Shown here: positions 54,428-64,000 of the stretch, piece by piece
How the letters are laid out: each line of letters begins with the position of its first letter
How positions within the stretch are numbered: position 1 is the first letter of the stretch
NCBI RefSeq assembly: GCF_018977255.1
Contig: NW_024704743.1
Span: forward strand, 101,124,001-101,188,000
Reading direction: 5' to 3'
DNA length: 64,000 bases
From: Callorhinchus milii
Taxonomy: Eukaryota
Position numbers and translations under genes: made by a program
The notes under the pieces: model-generated
The model's input: only the letters and a program-made list of their open reading frames with translations
Databases searched by the model: none
Told to the model about the DNA's origin: nothing

Positions 54428-55159
54428 TAACAAATAACCTGTTGGGCTGAATAAACAGTTATCCGTCCCCCGTTATACCCGTTACCAGAATCGGCGTCGC
54501 CCACGAAGTCACTTTCATCAGCGAAACTCCCAACAATGTGTATGTGTGTGTTTTTTTTTGTTGCTCCGTCTTTAAAAGTTAACTTTTCTTTTTTTTTAAA
54601 AAAAAGTCCGTACTTTCGATGCAGCGCTTTTCATTTCGGGTGAACGTCCCAAAGCGCTTCACAATGCATATCGTAAAGTGGAGTGGACTCTTTATTTTGT
54701 GTGCAATCTTTACTTCCAACACCTTTGATCTGTTTCAATAAGTTACTTTTAACAGTAGTGTTCCTCGCATTTGATACAGCGATCACAATTCTAATAGACT
54801 CTTTTATTTTTTTTAAAAAAAAGACTTGTTTGTTTGAGTTGTACATCAATACCCATATCTTTTATGTCAGTAACTTGCTGTGATGGTGAAGTCAATCGTT
54901 CTTCTGTTAAGTAGTTTAATTCAGGATTTTGGTGAACATCATTTTTCTTACGTCATTTATGAGATTAAATGCACTGACTGATTCTACATTTAAAACGATG
55001 AGGAATTGTTCTTGGTGTATTGTGATTGAAATTCCTTAGTTGTTGGCTGTTATTGAAAGTATAAAGTTGTTATTGTAAGTGCCATATACAATGGCTTCAA
55101 TGACATTTGGGCCTGTCGATGTAATTGATAGCCATTTAGGTAACTTTTGCTACCTAAAC

Positions 55160-55697
55160 ACTGTTTCGCACCCCAGGCCGCAGAGATCCTCATGCATGCA
55201 TTCATAACATCCAGGCATCCATAACTATGCAAACTCCCTGCTTGTCGGCCTCCGTGACCTCATCTCCCCTTATCCTCGCCTGACTCCACTGGCTTCCCAT
55301 CACACAGAGGATGCAGTTCAAGATCCTGGTCCTCACCTTCAAAGCCCTCCATGGCCTTGTGTCCCCCTACCTCTGTGACCTTCTAACCCCCAACCAACCC
55401 GCCCCCTCCCTCTGCTCAACGGGCTCCGGCCTGCTTCATATCCCCCACCTCGTTCGCCCCACCATTGGCGGGTAGGCCTTCTACACTCTGCCTCCACCCT
55501 CTGGAACTCCATCCCGCAGTCCCTCCACCTTGCCTCCTTCAAGACCCTCCTCTTCGACCGTGCCTTTGGTCATCCTGCTCTCCACCCTCTCCAATCCGGA
55601 CCCCAGCTCTGGTCCGAAATACTGATTGTCCAGCGCCTTGGGACATCCTCCCAACGTGAAAGGCTGTATACAAATGTAATTTTGTTGTTGTTGTTAT
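55160..55697 (+). mobile_element. L2-clade LINE 3' fragment; further copies at about 8290-8770, 21775-22125, 22540-22825 and 56290-56940
   Basis: Same C-rich body and (TTG)n tail. Confidence 0.8.
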
Positions 55698-55735
55698 TGG
55701 AAACCTAAACTTATTGTGGAATTGCATTTCGACAT

Positions 55736-56132
55736 AATAATAATAATCCTTGTATTTGATATAGCGCTTTTCATGTCTTCTAGACGTCTCAAAGCGCTTT
55801 GCAGAATATACTATAAATAATAATAATAATCTTTGCATTTGATATAGCGCTTTTCACGTCGGGAGGACGTCCCAAAGCGCTTCACAGAACACACTGTAAA
55901 GTGAATTGACTGTATATTTATGGGCAAAATGTGGCAGTCAGTTCTGCACAGCAGTGTCCTCACAAACAATCGTGGATTGAAGTGACTAATTTATTATTGT
56001 TTTTTTTTCTTGAGGGATTATTATCAGGCATGTGGATTAAGGAAACTTGCCTAAGGTTTCGCCCAGCCGGTAATCGAACCCAGGTCTCTTGCTTGCAAGA
56101 CAAGCGCTCTAACCACTGAGCTACAGGAATCC
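55736..56132 (-). mobile_element. Full-length SINE (55817-56132) abutting a second SINE tail (55736-55816)
   Basis: Two consecutive (ATT)n tails with different hairpin loops. Head ends at 56132. Confidence 0.9.
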
Positions 56133-57321
56133 ACAAACATAATATAACTTTCATGTTTTGGAAAAATAACAAAATGATGGAGCAGGAGTTCTTCCAATTT
56201 TTCTGCCTTTTTTGATTATGTTTTGATTTGATATGATGCCCAAATCTGCTTCTCCTCTAGCTGTGACCTCAGATCTGTTGATGTTCTGTCTACTTTCTTG
56301 TCGGACATCAAGGCCTGGATGAGTCCCAACTTGTGCGGCTGAATGTTGATAAGACAAAGCCATACTCCTTGGCTCCCTTCAAAGTCTTCTCACCTGCGGC
56401 TTTGACATAAGCCTCCCTGGCCTATCTCTCAGATTTAATGAACTTGTGCATAACCCAGGCTGTTCTTCCTACCCCACATCCGGTCCCAGACCAGGACTGC
56501 TTTCCTCCACCTTTGCCACATTGCCAGCCTCTGACTTTACCTCACACCCAATGCAGCCAAAACCCTTATTCAGGCATTCGTCACTTCCTGCTTCGATTAT
56601 TCCAATGCCCTTCTCGACGGTCTCCCCAGCTCCACCATTCATAAAATCCAATTAATTCAAAACTCTGCTGCTCTTGTGCTCATCTGCACCAAACACCCCA
56701 GTTTTTGCTAAACTCCACTGGTTTATTATTACTCCTTGTCAAGATCTTCACGATCAGGCACAGATTATTTCATGCCCTGACATCTCCCTACTTTTCTGAC
56801 TTGCTTACACCCACTCCACTACCCATCACCATGGCTCAACTGGCTCTGGTCCCTTCCACTGCACCATCGCTGGCTGTACTTTCAGCTGCTACACCCCGAA
56901 ACTATGGAACTCTGCCTCAATCCCTTCGCATTGCGAAGTTTTGAAACTAGTAAAAGTGAGTTATAGGAGAGAGAATTAAATGTAGGAATGTACAAGACTG
57001 GAAATGATTGGTCCGTTTGACTGATCCCAAGCTTTGAAGCATGCTATTTGATGTTCTATTTAATTGTATCAATTGCTTCTTTTGCCAGTGTATCATAGCT
57101 TCCTTTTGATATTGTCTGCTTCTGTCTCCTTGGATGGTGTGTTCCGAATAATGTTTGCTGGAATTGATCACTTGCAGACGCAAACAATTTTTTTTGAGAG
57201 GTTCACATATTTCTTTGAGTTCCTATGTTTAAAGCAACCAATGTTTGGGAGTTCCATTCTTTGTATTTAAAAAGAACAGCACTCTTTAACGTATTTAGGT
57301 GCCCTCCCCGCAGTCCACTTG

Positions 57322-57470
57322 AACAAAGCAAAAATACTGCAGGGCTGGAAGTCTGAAACAAAAACAAAGAGAGCTTTGAAGGGTCGTGGACCCGAAACGT
57401 TGACTCACTTTCCTTTCTCCATAGATGCTGCCTGACCTGCTGAGTTTTCCCAGCTCTCTCTGTTTTTGTT
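57322..57470 (+). mobile_element. Penelope-like/hammerhead-like terminal-repeat relic with 19-bp inverted repeats
   Basis: Inverted repeat 57357-57375 / 57452-57470 (1 mismatch) flanks gaa-GGGTC-gtg-GACCC-gaaacgtt. Confidence 0.5.
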
Positions 57471-59251
57471 ACGCATTCCACTTGAAAGTTATAAAATTGA
57501 CCAAATCATGGTTTCCCTTTTTAACAACAATGTTCATATTGCACCCTTGCTTGTTCATTTTCTAAGCATACTCAATTACTCTGCATCATTGGGACGTCCT
57601 CCCGACGTGAAAAGCGCTGTATCAAATGCAAGGATTATTATCATGTGTAGTGGCTATTTATACACATTAAAAAGCTTAGATTAAGCTTTGGAAATAAGTT
57701 CAGTTGTTAACTGAGAAAATTATTGTGTCCAAAATGAGCCCTAAGAAGCCAAAAAGGTTTGAGGAAAATTTGCTGTTGGATACTGCTTGTTCTCGCTGTA
57801 GGCTGTTCGGCTAATTGGTTGATTTGCGTTTTTAAGCGTGGCTGTTGTTTGAAGAGATGTTAAACCAAGATCCCTACTGAATGTTCATGTGGATTTTTGA
57901 AATTCTATCAATTTTTTTGAAAGTAGTGGGGAGTTTGTCCCAGTGCCCTGACAACAATCCAGATTACCTGGTTGTTCACCACATATGTTTGTGAAGTTTG
58001 GAATAAATGTTTACCTACACCAATTGTGTAGCCAGTTCACTGCAGTTGATGGTAATTAGCCAGTGAAGCTTTGAGACATTTTGATGTGAGAAGACATGAA
58101 AAAATGCATGTTCTTTCTTGTAGGTTGGACTGCTACATAAGTGTATTTGAATCAAAAATGGCTGGCTAGATGGAAAGTTTAGCATCTATCAAAGGGCAAC
58201 ATTTTCCTTGAAGAGTTGTCTTTATTCCAGTATTTTATACTAATAATATCATTATTTATCATCAGGACCACATACCATACCCAGTGTTGGATACAAATCC
58301 ATTTTGGTTGAGTATCCTAGCCTCTTTTTGTCAATTTGGCTCAATTGATGGCAGTCTCACCTCCAGGTTGGAAAGTTATGGGTTCCTGTTCTACATGACA
58401 TGAGCTCAAAGCCTAGTGCAGGACTGGAGGAGAGGTTTGGTGTATGAGGTGTGAGATTTAATATCTCAGATGAAACATTAAATTGGTCTAGTACAACAGT
58501 GCAGGTTGACAATAAAACACAATATTTTTGAAAAGAGAAAGGTTCTCAGGTTTCCTGGCTCAATCGTTGTAATCCCCCAAATGAACTCATAATTTAATGA
58601 ATAGATGTTTGATTACACTTTTTGTATTTATGAAATAGAGTACTCTGAGCAGATGTTTAGTGACTTGTAAATAAAGAGTTAAACATTGCAAAGCATTACT
58701 GCTGATTTATTGAGAAACAATCCTCAGATGTTTACCAATAGTATGTTACTGTATAATAAAAACACAATCAGACTTTCATCAAGCCAGCTAGTATTAGCAC
58801 TGGTTAGCATTGTATAAATGTTTGATGCTTTATCACTAAGACCCTTTTCTCAAAAAATAGCTAATGCATTTTGCAATAACAAGCTGCAGACTAATTTAAT
58901 TTAGATGTTTAATTTACAGGCTTCGTGCCCAAATGGCCAATATTCATACATGAACTGTGCCAGTGAATGTTGATAGGTTATTCTGCCTCAGCACACATCA
59001 CTGCCAAACCTGACTCGTCACCTGATTTACACTCCTCTCCCCAAAAGGGTGGGTGGAGGGTGAAAGATTCCTGCTTATTTTGGGTGGGGAAATCAGGTTT
59101 GGCTGTGACGCGCACTCTTCCATTAGGGAATTCTCGTTAGCAATAAGTAGCAATTTCTCCCTTAATTAATGGGCATTGAGGCCAATTTTAGTGCCCGAAC
59201 TGCTAACTCACCAGAGATGAGGATTCATATCCTGGAACCATTAATTCTTTG

Positions 59252-59769
59252 ACCAAAACTCTGCAGCTCGTGTACTGCACCAGGCTCCGTGACCCCATCA
59301 CTCCCGCCCTCGCCTGACTCCATTGGCTCCCCATCCCCCAGAGGATTGAGTTCAAGATCCTTGTCCTCACCTTTAAAGCCATCCATGGCCTTGCCTCCTC
59401 CTACCTCTCTGATCTGCTGACTCCCTACCAACCTGTTCGCTCCCTCCGTTCAAAGGGCTCCGGCCTGCTCCATGTCTCCCATCCAACCCGCCCTACCATT
59501 GGTGGCCGGGCTTTCAGCCTCTCTGCCCCCACACTCTGGAACGCCATCCCATGGTTCCTTCGCCCCGCTTCCACCCTTGCCTCCTTCAAGGCCAGTCTCA
59601 AGACCCTTCACTTCGACCGTGCCTTTGGTCGCCCTCCCACCTCTCTGCCTTCCCTCACCCCTACCCCACCCCTCCCCCATGCTCGGGCCCCGACACCTGA
59701 CTGTTCAGCGATTTGGGACGTCCTCCCGACGTGAAAGGCGCTCTCTAAATGTAATTTTGTTGTTGTTGA
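59252..59769 (+). mobile_element. L2-clade LINE 3' fragment
   Basis: Closely similar to 49040-49570, with the same tail. Confidence 0.85.
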
Positions 59770-60864
59770 CTTTCTGGTTTCCATCTTACCAGTGTCTTTA
59801 CCACTAAGTCATCACAGGATGTTTTGAAATCAATGAAAAGGACCTTTCTAACACCCTTTGGCTCATTTAGTGTGATAATATCAAGGTATTGGAGCCACAA
59901 TTTAAGTGGGAAATTGGACAAAATTTATTAAAGTATCTATAACATGATGTTGAACTTATTCAAATTAATTTAGGACAATCTTACACAATTGTGTCTTTCA
60001 ATGTGTTATGAATATTCATTATTTAATAAGCCTTGCATTTGTTATAGTGTTCTTATCACATCATCAAGGGGTTTTAAAGCTTTTCACAGGATATACTGTG
60101 AAGTGTGTTTTCACTACGTTTGATATGCTTAAAGTTAAGCAGGATACCAAGCGTCATTTCCCTCATTTGGAACTGCACAGGCTATTAGAAAGAGCTTCAC
60201 TGACTTTCATCTTCAGAAAACATGGAGTACTAAGAGTTTTGTAATTATTTCCATTAAAATTGTGTGCAGCAATGGTTGTGCAAAGATAGCCTCCAGTCGA
60301 GTAAATCTTTTCAGTTAAGCCTGCTTTTGGTTAGAATTTATGGACTTTGAAGATCAGGATCACAGTGAATAGAATGGATCAGACCAAAATAGAATATAAT
60401 GGGAGATTGCAGCTGCCTTCATTCAAAATCTCATCCACTAGCTAATGGATTTTAGAACTGCTTTTAATGCAATAGTAATTTGTTAAGAAACACTTTTTGT
60501 TCAGTGTCAGTATAGTTTAGTGGTGACTCGACAAAATGGCAAATAATTAAATCCTGAGATTGTATTTGATCTTTTTGGCACAATGCTCCTTGATTTTGTG
60601 AAGCCCCCTGAGAAGTCAAAGTTGCCAAAATGTTGACATATCCTTTGCGACTGTTCTGCATTTGGTATGCTTACAGTAAAATAGGATACAAACATCATTT
60701 GCCTCATTTGGAACTGCACAGGCTAGAAAAAGCTTCACTGACTGTCGATTCTTTCATCTTCAGATAACAATGAGTGATGGAACTCAAAGCAGTTTCTTAA
60801 ATTTGGAATCACTTGAATTGCAAGTGTAATTAGCTAAGTTATTTTTTTTTTGGTCAACCAGATT

Positions 60865-61228
60865 TCTGACACAAGTGGAAACCCATCACCATGCTTGAGA
60901 GTATCCAAATCAAACGAGTTCCATGCATCCCACCTCTACATGGAAGTTCCAGAGATATTCATTTGAATGGAATGCACTCCTTGGAGGGACGCATCCTGGG
61001 CACCTAATTCCAGAGAGTATTAGATACAAGTTGGCAAGAGCCAAGGCTTGGGGGCTCCAAACTATGTGGTTTTAGTCTAACCAGTTAAAACCACCTGGCT
61101 TTCTATTGAAGGCACTGTCAGGCAAACCTTCTTTCTGATGTACCTATCCATGAGGGCTTTGGCTTGCAGGGTTAACGGGAGCTGAGCGGGAAGAGTCCCT
61201 GCCCGCAGTGACTGGTCTGCCCTTCAAG
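60865..61228. repeat. Unclassified ~350-bp dispersed repeat (other copies at 11552-11899 and partial 52153-52312)
   Basis: Shared blocks such as tggagggacgcatcctg, taattccaga.agtattaga.aca.gttggcaagagccaa.gcttg and cagtgactg.tctgcccttc. Confidence 0.75.
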
Positions 61229-61934
61229 TGCCTAACAAGCGACTGTTTGTGGGACACTGCTGTGCACAATTGGTTACCGAGTTTCGCCCACAAAATATAG
61301 TCAATTCACTTTACTATATATTATATATATATATATATATGTTAGATATTATGTTACCTTGGAGCCAGTTCAGCTCCAAAGAGACCCCACTTACTTCCCT
61401 CACAAAGTGGACAGTTACTAGTTGGTCCTTTTGACATCTGATAAGTACGGGTTTGAGTCATCACTGGATGGATGGCAGGTACAAGGAATTTGGAAGCTTT
61501 CAGGATTTCGAGTTTGCGAATATCTTATTTTAGATTCCAAGTTTATATTTTAGCTGCGCTATGAGCAGATCCTCAACTTTTTTTTATTGTTTTAAACTCT
61601 GTTGAATGATTTTGAAATTACTCTGAATTTTGAAATTACTTATGGAATCCTACAATATATATATTTCTTTGTTTTAATTGTATAGAACACTGGACTTTTA
61701 GTCTGTTTCATGCTACCAGAATCTGTAATCTGTCGATGAACTCCATACTTTTGGTGTCTTATTCCTGCAGATTCCAGACACAAGTTGAATCGTGGTTATT
61801 AAGTGTGTGTGCCTGGCTCAATTGCATACCTTTGATTGTCCAGCTCCTCGGATCATCCTTCCGATGTAAAAGACGCTATATAAATGCAATTAGTTGTTTT
61901 GTTGGAGTCCAAGCTCAACTTTCTTTACTTTTAA

Positions 61935-62150
<216 letters not shown>

Positions 62151-63479
62151 TAACTGAACTGTGTGTGTGTGTGCCTTTTCAGGGAAATAACTTGGAATTT
62201 TAGTAAGCCTATGTTATCCTGTTTACCTTAATGATCATTGTCCTCTTTGGCTGATTGCATAATTCAGAATGACTCACAGGATGCTTTAATGTGGTAATGA
62301 TACTTGATGCTGTTAGCCTTCTTGTTAATATGGCAAAGAAGCAGAAATTTTGGTGATCTGTAGAGGCGGATAGTCTGTGAATATGAGGTATCCGAGCCAT
62401 TGTACATTGCCAAAAAAAATTCTTGAAAGTATTTTTTCCATATGAGGAACAAAATGTTTGTTGTCAGGATGGATGAAATGGAATCTGGCCTTTTTCTTAA
62501 TTTTAGGATTCCTACTGTGGTGCCCTGCATACTGTTTGTCCATGTCAATCGAGTATGCTGAGGTTGACTTGGATCAGGGATATTCCCCTTCTCAACCGTA
62601 GTAAAATAATTTTGGTTTTCATTTTTCCCCGGGTATTTAAGGTATATTCTGACCTAGATATTTTTATGAAATGTGGTTGCTGTTTCACTTACACCATTGA
62701 AAAAGGGGAACGGCAGCCTGCAATCCCCTCAGTTACATATACGTTTAAAATTAAACCTTGGGCTTTCCTGCTGACGTGCTTTTCATGAACTCAGTCATCA
62801 GAATGCCGCAGTAACCACAGTGTAAAACAACGTTGCCAGGCATAGATCACTGAACTTCCTCTTTGAGAATCTGTAATCAACAATTACTGTTGAGTGAGTA
62901 GTCCTGTGACACATCATATCTTTGGATACCTCACTTTACATTTTGATGCAGTATTTCCAATATTTTTGTTAAAAAGTTTGGTAACTGTTTTGGTGAGGTT
63001 ATATTGGATAATATTGCACAATTTTAGCTTATTAATGTCCAGGTTAATCCTGTTCAGATGGCTAAATCTCTTAAGATTGAGCATTCCATTGTAACTGCTG
63101 TAACATATTACATTATTTGAGCACTTGTACAACAGCATTGTAGTTCTGTTTTTCATATGTATAACGTGTGAGCAAAAGAATGAAAGGACAACAATGGTAA
63201 AATGGAAAATATACGATGCCACTTTGGTTTCTGTGGTTACCAATTTATTTTGGGGGGCCCAGGCCTGTACTTGTTTTTTTTTAAATGTTGTTCACAATAT
63301 TGTAAAAAAACAAATCTTGTTGATGGAGAGGTGGGAAAGTCAGACCAGGAGTTTCCGTACCTTCTGGGAATGGTGCCTGCAAAGGCTCAAGAACAGGTCA
63401 TCTATCTGTTATCTGGATGAAGGCAATTTGATTTTTTAATGTAACTAGTAAATTGATTTTCCACCACCCACTACCTCCT

Positions 63480-64000
63480 CCGTGGCAGGCATCCGCTAGG
63501 CAGCCTCATCCACCTGCCCCTTGTTACCCACCACCACACCCTCTCTGGCCCCCTCACCTTCCTCATCATCTCCTCCTACCACCACCCCCATTCTACATTC
63601 CTTCCTCCCCATCTCTCCCTCCTCCCTCTCACCCATCATCACCTCCATGAAACCCCACCACCTGCTGCCTCGACCCCCTCCCCACCAACTTACTGGTCAC
63701 CCAGCTCCCCATCCTCTGCCCACTACTGGCTGACGTCATCAACCAGTCCCTCTCCTCCAAATCAGTCCCTGCCCCCCTCAAAACTGCTGTCGTCACCTCC
63801 CTCCTGAAAATACCTTCCCTAGATCCCTCAAACCCCAGCCACTACCGCCCTATTTCTAACCTGCCCTTCCTCTCAAAAGTTCTAGAACGTGTTGTTGCCA
63901 ATCAACTTTGTGCAAACCTCTCCTCCCACTCCCTCTTCGAACCCCTCCAGTCCAGTTTCTGCCCTGCCCACAGTACAGAGACTGCGCTTGTAAAAGTCAC
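63480..64000 (+). mobile_element. L2-clade LINE RT-region fragment (runs off the right edge); similar fragment at about 53000-53285
   Basis: Translates LKTAVVTSLLKIPSLDPSNPSHYRPISNLPFLSKVLERVVANQL...LQSSFCPAHSTETALVKV, typical L2 RT motifs. Confidence 0.85.

Overview
Eukaryotic (vertebrate) genomic DNA. The repeat content (tRNA-headed SINEs with a Deu-domain-like core, CR1 and L2-clade LINE remnants) suggests a cartilaginous fish, possibly a holocephalan; this is an inference. Two genes are arranged head-to-head. On the minus strand is the 5' part of an L3MBTL-family (MBT-repeat, L3MBTL3/4-like) gene: seven phase-compatible coding exons at 29282-993 (933 nt, 311 codons) encode an N-terminal extension with a PLNLT motif, an FCS-type zinc finger and the start of MBT repeat 1, and the gene runs off the left edge. 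On the plus strand are exons 1-2 of MIB1 (53651-53879, 61978-62149). The putative L3MBTL promoter region (about 30.7-35.3 kb) carries three different tandem arrays, including 25 copies of a conserved core with an E-box, mostly separated by AATAAA-containing purine spacers. MIB1 has a uORF whose stop overlaps the main ATG, and an 18-bp GC-rich minisatellite at the start of intron 1 that is open in frame with exon 1. The remainder is AT-rich intronic or intergenic DNA dense in SINEs and LINEs, with a young CR1 carrying an in-frame deletion of its RT catalytic core, a Penelope/hammerhead-like relic and an unclassified ~350-bp dispersed repeat. No prokaryotic systems, CRISPR arrays or genuine tRNA/rRNA genes are supported. 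All family and gene assignments come from recalled similarity, not database searches.
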